Assembly: GCA_963726745.1 (NCBI GenBank) | Contig: CAVSDR010000006.1 | Coordinates: forward strand, 576,001-640,000 | Source: an uncultured Verrucomicrobiae bacterium | GTDB taxonomy: Bacteria; Verrucomicrobiota; Verrucomicrobiia; Chthoniobacterales; UBA10450 | Direction: 5' to 3' | Length of the DNA stretch: 64,000 nt | Shown here: positions 20,441 through 31,140 of the stretch, piece after piece | Numbering within the stretch: the stretch's first letter is position 1 | How the letters are laid out: each line of letters starts with the position of its first letter | Translations under genes and position numbers: made by a program | The notes under the pieces: generated by a model | Databases searched by the model: none | What the model was told of the DNA's origin: nothing | What the model saw: only the letters and a program-made list of their open reading frames with translations

Positions 20441-22204
20441 CTCCTCGATTCGCGCCCGCATCCGTTCCCCCGCGGCTGCCGGCGCCAGGAGCACGCGCAT
20501 TTCCTCCGCCGCGCGTTCACCGATCGCGCGCGCGGCCGCGCGATTCTGGAAGACCCAGCGCATCAGCCGCGCGGCGTGATCCTCACTCGGCTCCGCCCAG
20601 CGGTAGCCCTGCCGGTAAATCCCGCCGTCCTCCGCGATCGGCACCAACTCGTAATCCACCAGCAGGCTGTTCTGCGCGTTCATGAACGCGGTGTTTCCGG
20701 AGTAATTCGTCGCGATCACCGGCTTTCCGAGCAGCATCGCTTCCGCCAGCACCAGGCCGAAACCTTCCGAGCGATGGAGCGAGACCAGGCAATCAGCCAG
20801 CGAGATGTAACCGCAGGCCCGGGGGCGCGTGGTCACTTCATCGACGAGGACGATCTTCGCCGCGCCCGCTTCCTCGCGCAGCCGCGCGAGATTGGCCGCA
20901 TCGTAGGACCCACGGCTGACCTTGATCACGAGCGTGGCCGCATCCTCCGGCCCGAAGACGCGCTGGAAGGCGCGCACCACCGCGAGCGGATTCTTTCGGC
21001 GAAAGTCGCTCGCCATGTCGAAGAGAAACAGGAAGACAAACTCGCCCGGATCGAGCCCGAGCTCGGCGCGCGAGATTTCTTCCACCTCCGGCAGGGCCAC
21101 GGGCGGCAGGAGTTCGCGCACCGGCACGGTCAGCTGCGTGCGCAAGGCCTCGGCCACGAAAGGCGTCGGCGCCCAGACCTCGTCCAGTTCCTCTGCGAGC
21201 GGTGCCCACTCCGCTGGGATCGCATCCAGTTCCCAGGCCCAATACGCGATCTGCACCCGGGCGCGCCGCGGCAAGCCGGCGCGTTGGTAGCGCACGGCAA
21301 AATGCGGCTCCGGCGCGACGTTCGTGATCGTGACCGGGAAGTCCTCGAAGCCGAGATACGCGGTCCGCGGCGCCAATTCCGTGCGCACCCCGGTGGGCAC
21401 ATCTCGCCGGCTAATTTCGAAGCCCGCCGTCTCGAGGGCCGCGGCCGCCTCCACTGCCGCCTGGCGAATGCCCGAGCTGTAGCAAAAGTGGCTCAGGAAA
21501 TTCACCCCCGCCCGGTTGGCCGACGACTCGTTAGGCGCGAGCGGCGGGAGCGTTTTCACCGCGCGCAGCGGCGCGTATTTCGGAAATTCCGCGTGCAGCC
21601 ACGCGAGCAAGCCAGAGGCGTCCGTGCGCGCCTCGGGGAAGCGCTCCTGCCAGTCCGGCAGGATCAAATAGGTGAGCGCGATGTGCCGTGGGAGGTCCTC
21701 TGCGGTCGCGTGGAGAAACCAGAGAATCTCCTCGTCCGAGCAGCCATGTTCCGCGCGGCCTTTGCCCACGAGCCATTTTGCGAAGCGCTTCTGCCCCACT
21801 GGCAGGAGGCCCAACGGGTAACGCCACTGCACCTCCGGCGTGTGCAGGAAAAACTCGCGCAAGGCCGCGCCCGGGTCGGCGGGGAAAGCGCTGCCTAAAT
21901 TCGCCGCGGTGGAAGAGGGCAGCTTCAACTCCCGCGCGCCCTCGCCTTTCAACCATTCGCGGTAGGCCGGGTCGCCCACGACCGCGCGCGGAAAGCGTTT
22001 CCGCAAATCCGGCCGAGAGCGTAACAATCCGAGGAGAAAACGCGGAGCGGTCGCGGCGCTTCCAGCATCCGAGGGCGACCAGCGGCCGAAAGCCAGTCCG
22101 CGCGTGTCGACCAGCGCAGTCATGGTGCGCTCATGATAGATGTCGAAGAGGTCGGAGGGCGCTTCCGGGACCTCGGTGCGGCGGAGAAATTTGGGTAATC
22201 GCAT
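20402..22204 (-). CDS. Glycosyltransferase family 4 with N-terminal extension
   Basis: YWAWEL, RKNPLAVVRAF and SLHRSEGFGLVLAEAMLLGKPVIATNYSG motifs. Confidence 0.88.
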   Translation of the reverse strand: MRLPKFLRRTEVPEAPSDLFDIYHERTMTALVDTRGLAFGRWSPSDAGSAATAPRFLLGLLRSRPDLRKRFPRAVVGDPAYREWLKGEGARELKLPSSTAANLGSAFPADPGAALREFFLHTPEVQWRYPLGLLPVGQKRFAKWLVGKGRAEHGCSDEEILWFLHATAEDLPRHIALTYLILPDWQERFPEARTDASGLLAWLHAEFPKYAPLRAVKTLPPLAPNESSANRAGVNFLSHFCYSSGIRQAAVEAAAALETAGFEISRRDVPTGVRTELAPRTAYLGFEDFPVTITNVAPEPHFAVRYQRAGLPRRARVQIAYWAWELDAIPAEWAPLAEELDEVWAPTPFVAEALRTQLTVPVRELLPPVALPEVEEISRAELGLDPGEFVFLFLFDMASDFRRKNPLAVVRAFQRVFGPEDAATLVIKVSRGSYDAANLARLREEAGAAKIVLVDEVTTRPRACGYISLADCLVSLHRSEGFGLVLAEAMLLGKPVIATNYSGNTAFMNAQNSLLVDYELVPIAEDGGIYRQGYRWAEPSEDHAARLMRWVFQNRAAARAIGERAAEEMRVLLAPAAAGERMRARIEELLAPGLDRGSAG

Positions 22205-22299
22205 AATCAGCCAGCGAGATTGCGCGCCGCTTCTTGACCGCATCGGGCGCGGCTTCTACTTTCGCTCATCCGCGGCCTAACGGCTGACGAACCATAATT

Positions 22300-22995
22300 G
22301 TGAATCGCATTTCCGCCTTCTCCAGTTCATCGATCGGGCGGAAATACATCGTCGCAGTGACCGGCCTCGTCCTGATCCTTTTCGTGGTCGGGCATCTTCT
22401 CGGCAATCTCCAGATTTTCCTTGGGCCGGATTGGATCAATAGCTATGCGGAGCACCTGCGCGCGCTCGGCCCGCTCCTTTGGGTCGTCCGCATCGGCCTG
22501 CTCGTGACCGTGGTCCTGCACATCTACTTTACCATCCGGCTGGCGATCGATAACCGGCGCGCCCGGCCGCAGCGTTACGTGCAAAAGGATTGCGTCAAAG
22601 CCACCTTCGCCTCGCGCTCGATGGCGCTCAGCGGGCTGGTGGTTTTAGCCTTCATTCTCTTCCACCTCGCGCATTTCACCGTGCGCGTGACCGATCCGCG
22701 CTTCGCCCTCCTGAAGAACGATCCGCTGAACCGCTACGACGTCTTTTCGATGATGGTTTACGGCTTCCAGAATTACTTCGTCTCCGGCTTTTACGTCCTC
22801 GGGCTCTTCCTGCTCACGCTCCACCTGACCCACGGCACCTCGAGTTTCTTCCAGTCGTTAGGCTTGAACGACAAGAAGCTGACCCCGCGGCTGGCCTGGG
22901 CCGGGCGCGTCGTCGCCTGGGCGATCTTTGTCGGCTACACCTCCATCCCGGTCGCGGTGCTGCTCGGGTTCATCAAGCCGGCGCAGCAATTATGA
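22300..22995 (+). CDS. sdhC: Succinate dehydrogenase/fumarate reductase cytochrome b subunit
   Basis: [13 protein letters not shown] and HLLGNL motifs, 5 TM helices, upstream of sdhA. Confidence 0.9.
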   Translation: MNRISAFSSSSIGRKYIVAVTGLVLILFVVGHLLGNLQIFLGPDWINSYAEHLRALGPLLWVVRIGLLVTVVLHIYFTIRLAIDNRRARPQRYVQKDCVKATFASRSMALSGLVVLAFILFHLAHFTVRVTDPRFALLKNDPLNRYDVFSMMVYGFQNYFVSGFYVLGLFLLTLHLTHGTSSFFQSLGLNDKKLTPRLAWAGRVVAWAIFVGYTSIPVAVLLGFIKPAQQL

Positions 22996-24921
22996 TCGGC
23001 ACGCTCGATTCGAAAGTTCCGCCCGGCCCGCTGGCGTCGAAATGGACCGATTACAAGGACCACGCGCGTCTCGTGAGCCCGGCGAATCGCCGCAAGCTCG
23101 AGGTGATCGTCGTGGGCAGCGGCCTGGCGGGCGGCGCGGCCGCGGCCACGCTCGGCGAGCAGGGCTACAAGGTGAAGTGCTTCTGCTTCCAGGATTCGCC
23201 CCGGCGCGCCCACAGCATCGCCGCGCAGGGCGGGATCAACGCCGCGAAAAACTATCAAAACGACGGCGACAGCGTCTTCCGCCTCTTCTACGACACCATC
23301 AAAGGCGGCGATTTTCGCTCGCGCGAGGCCAACGTCCATCGCCTCGCGGAAGTGAGCAATCTGATCATCGACCAATGCGTCGAGCAGGGCGTCCCTTTTG
23401 CCCGCGAATACGGCGGCCTGCTGGCGAATCGCTCCTTCGGCGGCGCCCAGGTTTCGCGCACCTTTTACGCGCGGGGCCAGACCGGGCAGCAGCTCTTGTT
23501 AGGCGCTTACCAGTCGCTTTGCCGGCAAATTGACGCCGGCACCGTGCTGATGTTCCCGCACACCGAGATGCTCGATCTCGTGCTCGTCGATGGCCACGCC
23601 AAGGGGATCATCACGCGCAATTTGATCACCGGGAAAATCGAGCGCCACGCGGCCGATGCGGTCGTGCTCGGGACCGGCGGCTACGGCAACGTCTTTTATC
23701 TCTCGACCAACGCGCGCGGCTCGAACGTGACCGCGACGTATCGCGCCCACAAGAAAGGCGCGCTCTTCGCGAATCCTTGCTTCACCCAGATTCACCCGAC
23801 CTGCATCCCGGTGAGCGGCGCTTACCAGTCGAAGCTCACCCTGATGTCGGAATCGCTCCGCAACGACGGCCGCGTCTGGGTGCCGAAGAAGCAGAGCGAC
23901 GACCGCAAGCCGGCCGACATCCCCGAGGCGGAGCGCGATTATTATCTCGAGCGGAAGTATCCCAGCTTCGGCAATCTCTCGCCGCGCGACATCGCTTCGC
24001 GCGCGGCCAAGGAAGCGTGCGACGACGGCCGCGGCGTGGGCCCGGGCGGTCGCGGAGTTTACCTCGACTTTGCCGACGCGATCGCGCGCCTGGGCGAGCC
24101 GTCTGATTCGCGAGCGTTACGGCAATCTCTTCGACATCTACGAGAAGATCACCGGCGAGAACGCCTACAAGCAGCCGATGCGGATTTACCCGGCGGTGCA
24201 CTACACCATGGGCGGCCTGTGGGTGGACTACAATTTGATGTCTAATCTTCCGGGCCTGCACGTCATCGGCGAAGCGAACTTCTCCGATCACGGCGCGAAT
24301 CGCCTCGGCGCAAGCGCGCTCATGCAGGGATTGGCGGATGGCTATTTTGTCCTGCCCTACACGCTCCCGATCTATCTCGCCGGCCAAATCGGGAAGCGCC
24401 CGAGCGTCGACCACGAAGCTTTCGTCACCGCGGAGAACGAAACCCGCGCGCGGATCGACCGCATGCTCAAGATCAATGGCACCCGCAGCGTCGATTCCTT
24501 CCATCGCGAGCTCGGCCTGCTGATGTGGGACAAGTGCGGCATGGCCCGGAACGCCGCCGGCTTGCGGGAGGCGATCGAGCGGATTCCGAAGCTGCGCGAG
24601 GAATTCTGGAGCAACGTCCGCGTGCTCGGCGAGAACGAGGAATACAACCAGTCGCTCGAGCGCGCCGGACGTGTTGCTGACTACTTGGAATTCGCCGAGC
24701 TGATGTGCCGCGACGCGCTCGCGCGCGACGAGTCCTGCGGCGGGCATTTCCGCGAGGAACACCAGACGGCCGACGGCGAAGCGCTGCGCAACGACGAGGA
24801 TTTCGCGGCCGTCTTTGCCTGGGAATACCAAGGCTCCAACGGCACCTTGCGCGAGCCGATTCTCCATCGCGAAGCATTGGATTTCGAAACCGTTGAGCTG
24901 ACGCAGAGGAGCTATAAATGA
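22992..24921 (+). CDS. sdhA: Succinate dehydrogenase/fumarate reductase flavoprotein, frameshift near 24103
   Basis: [38 protein letters not shown] and ESCGGHFR motifs. Confidence 0.95.
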
Positions 24922-25691
24922 ACTTCAAACTCCGCGTTTGGCGCCAGAAAGTCGGCGAGCCGCAGGGCCGCCTGGCCGAATACGAGGCGCGCGATATTCC
25001 GCCGCACGCCTCTTTCCTCGAGATGCTCGACATCATCAACGAGGACCTGGTCACGAAAGGCGAAGACCCGATCGCCTTCGAGTCGGATTGCCGCGAAGGC
25101 ATTTGCGGAACTTGCAGCCTAACGATCAATGGCGAGGCTCATGGCCCGGACCATCCGGGTGCGGCCTGCCAGCTTTACATGCGGCGTTTTCGCGACGGCG
25201 AGACGATCACGGTGGAGCCATTCCGCGCGCGCGCCTTCAAAACCGTGCGCGATCTGGTGGTCAATCGCAGCGCGCTCGACCGTATCGTCCAGGCCGGCGG
25301 CTACATCTCAGCGCGGGCTGGTTCCGCGCCGGAAGCGAACTCCATCCCGGTGCCGAAACACGATGCCGACCTGGCCATGGAAGCGGCTGCCTGCATCGGT
25401 TGCGGCGCTTGCGCCGCGGCCTGTCCGAACGCCTCCGCGATGCTCTTCACCTCGGCCAAGGTTTCGCATCTCTCGTTGCTTCCGCAGGGCAAGCCGGAAC
25501 GCGACAAGCGGGTGATCAAGATGGTCCAACAAATGGACGCCGAAGGCTTCGGGAACTGCACCAACACTTATGAGTGCGAAGCGGTTTGCCCGGCCGAAAT
25601 CAGCGCCAGCTTCATCGCCAAGCTCAACCGCGAGTATGCCCGGGCGATGCTGCGAAGCTCGGCCGGGAGACTAGCGGCTGCTGGCGAATGA
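24918..25691 (+). CDS. sdhB: Succinate dehydrogenase/fumarate reductase Fe-S subunit
   Basis: [20 protein letters not shown] and [12 protein letters not shown] motifs. Confidence 0.95.
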   Translation: MNFKLRVWRQKVGEPQGRLAEYEARDIPPHASFLEMLDIINEDLVTKGEDPIAFESDCREGICGTCSLTINGEAHGPDHPGAACQLYMRRFRDGETITVEPFRARAFKTVRDLVVNRSALDRIVQAGGYISARAGSAPEANSIPVPKHDADLAMEAAACIGCGACAAACPNASAMLFTSAKVSHLSLLPQGKPERDKRVIKMVQQMDAEGFGNCTNTYECEAVCPAEISASFIAKLNREYARAMLRSSAGRLAAAGE

Positions 25692-26507
25692 AGTCTCGCA
25701 CGGCGTGCGTCCAGAGTTCCGGGTCGAGCTCCGCACGGGCGCGCTCGGCTAACGAGTCGCTCTCGGCTCCGTCGCGCAACACCGCCATCATGGTCGCGCC
25801 GGAACCCGACATCATCGCCGACGCCCACTTCCGGTTGCGCCCGGAGCCAGCGCTTCATCTCCGCGAGGAAGACGTATTTCTCGAAGACCGGACGCTCGAG
25901 ATCATTCACGAAGGTGATTCCGCCAAACTCCTGCGGCGCGGTAATCGATTCCCGCTCAGTTCACGCGAATCGCGCCAGCGGCTGTAAGCCCAGGGCGTGG
26001 GCACGCCGAACTCCGGCTTAAGCAGGAGCAGCCGGAAATTAGCCGGCAACTTCACCGGCTCGACCTGCTCCCCGCGCCCGCGGCACCGCGCCGCCGAGCG
26101 AAAGAGGAAGAACGGCACATCGGAGCCCAGCTCCGCGGCCATCTCCGTCAATTTCTCGTTAGGCAGACCGGCTTCGCAAAAGCTCATTCAAGCCCAGCAG
26201 CGTGCTCGCGGCGTCGCTGCTCCCGCCGCCGAGCCCGGCGCCGTGCGGGATGCGTTTCTCCAGATGGATCTTCACCCCGCCGCGTGAGCGGAAAAAGCCG
26301 CGCCGCGCGGACGACAAGATTATCCTCGCCCGTGGAAAGCGAGGGGTCGTCGCAGGTGAATTCAAGGCCGCTCGCGGTCCGCTCAAGCGTGAGCCTGTCG
26401 AAAAGCGAGACCGGCGCCATCAGCGTCTCGATTTCGTGAAAGCCATCGTCGCGCCGCCGCAAAATGCGGAAGGAAAGATTGACCTTCGCCGGCGCCCGAA
26501 GCTGCAT
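25670..26507 (-). CDS. ispE: 4-diphosphocytidyl-2-C-methyl-D-erythritol kinase, at least 4 frameshifts, 3' end approximate
   Basis: [34 protein letters not shown] and MMSGSG motifs spread over five ORF fragments. Confidence 0.85.
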
Positions 26508-26527
26508 AAGTTCGCCTTCCATAACGA

Positions 26528-27232
26528 ATGAACTTCACCGAGACAACTGCGCGCGAACGTTTGATCATCGCGCTCGACCTGCCGAACGCCGCGGAGGCGA
26601 TCGCGCTGGCGGAGGAACTGGCGGGCGCGGTCACGCATTTCAAGATCGGCCTGCAGCTCTACACCGCCGCCGGGCCGGAGATTGTGCGCGCGATCGCCGC
26701 GACCGGCGCAGAAATTTTCCTCGACCTGAAATTGCACGACATCCCGAATACGGTTGCGAAGGCGGTGAGCGCGGCTGCGGAATTGCGGGTGAAAATGCTC
26801 ACGCTCCACTTGAGCGGCGGGCGGCGAATGCTCGAGGCGGCCGCAGCGGCCGCACCGGCTGATTTGCTCTTGTTAGGCGTGACCGTGCTCACGAGTTCGG
26901 ACGAAGCCACCCTGCGCGAGACGGGAGTCCATTCGACCGTCGAGGAACAGGCCATCCGGCTGGCTAATTTGGGCGCAGCGGCGGGCATCGGCGGCTTGAT
27001 CGCGAGCCCGCACGAAGTCGTGGCTTTGCGGAAACAGTTGGCCAAACCAATGACCATCATCACGCCCGGAGTCCGCCCGGCGTGGGCGGCGGCGGACGAC
27101 CAAAAGCGGTTCACCACCCCGCGCGAGGCGTTGGAAAACGGCGCCGACTTTCTCGTCATCGGACGGCCGGTAACCGCGCAGGCCGACCCGCGCGCGGCGG
27201 TGGAAAAGATCGCGCGCGAGATTGCCGGCTAA
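26528..27232 (+). CDS. pyrF: Orotidine-5'-phosphate decarboxylase
   Basis: IIALD, FLDLKLHDIPNT, TPGVRP and LVIGRP motifs. Confidence 0.96.
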   Translation: MNFTETTARERLIIALDLPNAAEAIALAEELAGAVTHFKIGLQLYTAAGPEIVRAIAATGAEIFLDLKLHDIPNTVAKAVSAAAELRVKMLTLHLSGGRRMLEAAAAAAPADLLLLGVTVLTSSDEATLRETGVHSTVEEQAIRLANLGAAAGIGGLIASPHEVVALRKQLAKPMTIITPGVRPAWAAADDQKRFTTPREALENGADFLVIGRPVTAQADPRAAVEKIAREIAG

Positions 27233-27237
27233 TTTCG

Positions 27238-27879
27238 ATGGAGCTCGCCGCGCTCGACGTTTATCCGGAGGAAACGCCTGGCTCGGCCGCGCGGCACATG
27301 GCGCTCGACGAAGCGCTGCTCCGGACCACCGACGTCCCGGCGTTGCGCTTCTACCGCTGGCGCGCCCCGGCGGCTTCGTTCGGTTACTTCAGCCGTTACG
27401 CGGAGGTCGAAGCGCTCGCGGCCGGGCGCGAGTTGGTGCGCCGCTGGACCGGCGGCGGGATCGTGCTGCATGGCGAAGACCTGACTTACGCCTTCGTGCT
27501 TCCGCGCAGTGCGCTGCGCTCGCGGGTGATCTACGAAGCGGTCCACCGGGCGATCTGTGCGGCGCTCGACGGACGAGCCGCGCTGGCCGCCGCCGCGGCG
27601 CCCCGAGTTTCCGACGCCTGTTTCGCCAACCCGGTCGCGGCGGACGTGCTCCTCGACGGCCGGAAGGTCGCAGGCGCGGCGCAGCGGCGGACGCGCACCG
27701 GCCTCCTGCAACAGGGCAGCATCCAGGGGGTGAAGTTGCCGGCTAATTTCCCGGAGGCTTTCGCACGCGCGCTCTGCCCGGAATTCAAAACCCGCAGCTT
27801 TTCCGAGGAGACGCAGGCGCTGGCGGAAAGCCTGGAGGCGGAAAAATATGCGAGTCTGGCGTGGCTGCGCGCACGTTAA
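27238..27879 (+). CDS. Lipoate-protein ligase A / LipM family protein
   Basis: MALDEALL, RRWTGGGIVLH, KVAGAAQRR and QQGSI motifs. Confidence 0.85.
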   Translation: MELAALDVYPEETPGSAARHMALDEALLRTTDVPALRFYRWRAPAASFGYFSRYAEVEALAAGRELVRRWTGGGIVLHGEDLTYAFVLPRSALRSRVIYEAVHRAICAALDGRAALAAAAAPRVSDACFANPVAADVLLDGRKVAGAAQRRTRTGLLQQGSIQGVKLPANFPEAFARALCPEFKTRSFSEETQALAESLEAEKYASLAWLRAR

Positions 27880-27962
27880 TTTCCTGGACCCCGGACGCGC
27901 CCAAAAGCCCGTCCTGCCACCGGAGCTTTGACTTGAGAAACGCACCCTCCTATCGTGAAACC

Positions 27963-28988
27963 GTGGAAGTTTCCCTAGGGGCGCCCGCGGCCAAATCGTC
28001 TTCGTTAGGCCCATTGGCGCAGGTGGCGCGGGGCGTGCAAACGCAACTCGACGAGGTCGAGCGGCGGATCGCGCACCAGGCGGCTTTGTTCGACCCGGCG
28101 GTGGAAGGTTATGTGGCCTACGCGATCGGCGGGCGCGGCAAACGGCTCCGTCCTTTGCTTGCGCTTCTGAGCGGCGGGGCGACCGGCGGCGTCTCTTCGG
28201 CACATGTCGATCTCGCGGTCATCCTCGAGTTAATCCACATCGCCACCCTGGTGCACGACGACATCATGGATGAGGCGGAACGCCGCCGCGGCTTGCCGAC
28301 GGTGAACGCGCGCTGGGGGAACGCGCTCAGCGTCCTGTTAGGCGACTGCCTTTTCGCGCACGCGCTAAGTTTGGCGACGCAATTCGAGAAGGCCGACGTG
28401 AGCCGCGCGATCGCGGATGCCGCGCGCGAAGTTTGCACGGGCGAAATCATCCAGACGCAACGCCGCTTCGACCTGCATCTCGCGATCGAGGAATACCGCC
28501 GGATCGTGGAGATGAAGACCGGTTCGCTCTTCATGGCTGCAGCGCAGCTCGGGGCGGTCTTGAACGACGCCGACGAAGCGACTGTGCAGGCGTTGAAAGA
28601 TTTTGGGATGAAGGTGGGCACGGCCTACCAGATCTACGATGACTGCCTCGACATCGCCGGCGACGAAGCGGTGATCGGCAAGACGCTCGGGACCGACCTG
28701 CGCAAAGGGAAATTGACGCTGCCGGTGCTCATCCTCCTGCGGACCGCGCCGGTAGTGGAGCGCGAGCGTTACGCGAAAATGATCGTGGACGGGAAGGTCG
28801 ACGAGGTCACCGCGGTTCTCACCGCCGGGCTCGCAGGCACGCCGATCGGCGAGTCGATCGACGCCGGGCTGGCCTTGATTCGCGAAGCGCAAGACGGGCT
28901 GGCCATCCTCCAGCCGGGCAGCCACGCGGAGGCGCTCGGGCAATTTTGCGAGACGCTGCGCGATCTCTTCGAGCAACTGCGGGGCTGA
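27963..28988 (+). CDS. Polyprenyl diphosphate synthase (IspB-like), start approximate
   Basis: GKRLRP, LVHDDIMD, RRG and QIYDDCLD motifs. Confidence 0.9.
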   Translation: MEVSLGAPAAKSSSLGPLAQVARGVQTQLDEVERRIAHQAALFDPAVEGYVAYAIGGRGKRLRPLLALLSGGATGGVSSAHVDLAVILELIHIATLVHDDIMDEAERRRGLPTVNARWGNALSVLLGDCLFAHALSLATQFEKADVSRAIADAAREVCTGEIIQTQRRFDLHLAIEEYRRIVEMKTGSLFMAAAQLGAVLNDADEATVQALKDFGMKVGTAYQIYDDCLDIAGDEAVIGKTLGTDLRKGKLTLPVLILLRTAPVVERERYAKMIVDGKVDEVTAVLTAGLAGTPIGESIDAGLALIREAQDGLAILQPGSHAEALGQFCETLRDLFEQLRG

Positions 28989-29683
28989 TGTCGCCGCTTA
29001 AAATCCGCGAGCTGCCGGAGGACGAACGTCCCCGGGAAAAAATGCTCGCGCTGGGCCCGGCGGCGCTCAATGAAGCGGAGTTGATCGCAATTCTTCTGCG
29101 CACCGGAGTGCCGGGCGCGAATGCGGTCGAGGTCGCGCGCCAACTGCTGGCCCGCTTTACTTCGCTGGCCACGCTGAGCCGCTGCGGGGTCGAGGAACTG
29201 GCGGTAATCAAGGGCATCGGCGCGGCCAAGGCAATGCATCTGGTCGCCGCTTTCCAGCTGGGCCAGCGCCTGGCGAAGGAAACGCTCAAAAACGAGAAGC
29301 TGGAAACACCGGAGCAAATCTACCATCTCCTCGGAAACGAAATGCGCAGCCTGCACAAGGAATCGCTCCGCGTCCTCTTGCTCGATACCCGTTACCGGCT
29401 TCTACGCATGGAGGAGGTCTCGTTAGGCAGCATCAACGAAAGCATCGCGCACCCGCGCGACGTCTTCCGCCCGGCAGTCATCTTCTCGGCTTTTGCCGTC
29501 ATCGTGGTGCACAATCATCCCTCCGGCGATCCTTCGCCCAGCCAGGCCGACCACAGCCTCACCCGGCGCCTGGCGGAGGCCGCACAGCTTTTGCAGATCC
29601 GGCTGCTCGATCACCTGATCATTGGCGCACCATCTGAAGGGCGGCTGCCCTATTTCAGCTTCAAGGAGGCGGGCGTGCTTTGA
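28988..29683 (+). CDS. radC: RadC/JAB domain protein
   Basis: ERPREK, HPRDVF, HNHPSGDPSPSQAD and LLDHLII motifs. Confidence 0.93.
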   Translation: MSPLKIRELPEDERPREKMLALGPAALNEAELIAILLRTGVPGANAVEVARQLLARFTSLATLSRCGVEELAVIKGIGAAKAMHLVAAFQLGQRLAKETLKNEKLETPEQIYHLLGNEMRSLHKESLRVLLLDTRYRLLRMEEVSLGSINESIAHPRDVFRPAVIFSAFAVIVVHNHPSGDPSPSQADHSLTRRLAEAAQLLQIRLLDHLIIGAPSEGRLPYFSFKEAGVL

Positions 29684-30482
29684 AAATTCATCCGACGGCG
29701 GTGGTTGATCCCGGTGCGAAATTAGACAGCGAGATCGAGATCGGCCCGTATTGCGTGCTCGGGGCCGGCGCGGTTGTCGGCGCGGGCTGCGTCCTGCAGT
29801 CGCATGTCGTCCTCGAGGGATGGTGCACCTGGGGGAGAACAACCGATTCGGACCCGGGACGGTCATTGGCGGCTGGCCGCAGGACTTGAGCTTTCAGCCA
29901 TCCACGCACAGCCGGGTGGAGATCGGGCGGAACAATGTTTTCCGCGAGCATTGCACAATTCATCGCGGGACCGCGGAGGGGAGCGCGACGACCATCGGCA
30001 ACGACAATTTCCTCATGGCCGGGGCGCACGTGGGCCACAATTGCCGGATCGGCGATGGCGTGATTATCGCGAACAATTGCCTGCTTGCCGGCTACGTGCA
30101 GATCGATGACCGCGCTTTCCTCGGCGGGGGTTCGACCTTCCATCAATTCATGCGCGTGGGCCGATTGGTGATGGTGCAGGGCAGCTCGGCGTTCGGGAAA
30201 GACATCCCGCCGTTCCTGCTCGCGGCGGAACGGAATTACGTCTTCGGCTTGAACGTGCTCGGGCTGCGGCGTGCGGGTTTCAAGGCGGAGGAGCGCGAGG
30301 AAATCAAGCGTGCCTTTAAGCTGCTTTACCGCAGCGGGCTGAATCTCCAGCAGGCGCTGGCGCAGGCCGCGGCGACGGAGTTCGGGCCAGTCGGCCGGGA
30401 GTTTTTTGAGTTCGTGGCGCAGGCGAAAAAGCGCGGGATTGTCCCCTACCGGCACGCGGACGAAGCGCGGCCTAACGAGTAA
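29680..30482 (+). CDS. lpxA: UDP-N-acetylglucosamine acyltransferase, frameshift near 29821
   Basis: MKIHPTAVVDPGA, PQDL, TIHRGT, HVGHNC, HQF and GLNVLGLRR motifs. Confidence 0.88.
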
Positions 30483-31140
30483 GCGCGAGGAGCGCGAGCA
30501 TCCGGCCCGTGCGGCCTTTTTCGGCCCGGTAGGAATAATAGCCGGCAAGATCACAGGCGGTGCAGACGCCGTCGTCGTGCACTTTTCCCACGCCGCACGC
30601 GCGGAGGCTGCGGACGATCTCAGCCGCGAAATCGATCTCGTAATGCGGTGGCCGAATGCACGGGCTGAGCTGCGCCACCAGATCGGCCGGCCGCGCGCCG
30701 AAGCGGGCGCACATCAGCTCAACCGCGCGCGGCGCGATCCCAAGCTCTGTCCCTTTTTTGCCGGAATGCACCAGCCCGATGGCGTGCTGGACCGGATCGA
30801 CCAGGTAAACTGCGCAGCAATCGGCCACGTAAATCCCAAGACAAACGTCTGGCTGATTCGTGACCAGCCCGTCGCAATCTTCAAAGCAGAAGTCGTCGGC
30901 TAACGACTGATCGACCACCGCAACTTCGGCCCCATGCACCTGGCGCGCGGTGATGAAAGGCCGGCCCGCCATGCCAATGGCCCCGCGGATTTCGCGATGG
31001 ACCGCATCCAGCCGCCGCAGCGCCTCGTCCTTGTCCGCGCGCACGTCGATCTCCGGAACGCGCCGAGTAAAGGCGTGCGCAATTCCTGGCAGGGCGCGGA
31101 GCGCGGGGAATTGTTCCGCTGGAAGCGCGGCCAGGCTCAC
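30472..31140 (-). CDS. pgeF: YfiH/PgeF (laccase-domain, purine nucleoside phosphorylase-like) protein
   Basis: QVHG, DGLVT, ADCCAV, HSG, CTAC and YSYR motifs. Confidence 0.85.
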   Translation of the reverse strand: MSLAALPAEQFPALRALPGIAHAFTRRVPEIDVRADKDEALRRLDAVHREIRGAIGMAGRPFITARQVHGAEVAVVDQSLADDFCFEDCDGLVTNQPDVCLGIYVADCCAVYLVDPVQHAIGLVHSGKKGTELGIAPRAVELMCARFGARPADLVAQLSPCIRPPHYEIDFAAEIVRSLRACGVGKVHDDGVCTACDLAGYYSYRAEKGRTGRMLALLALTR

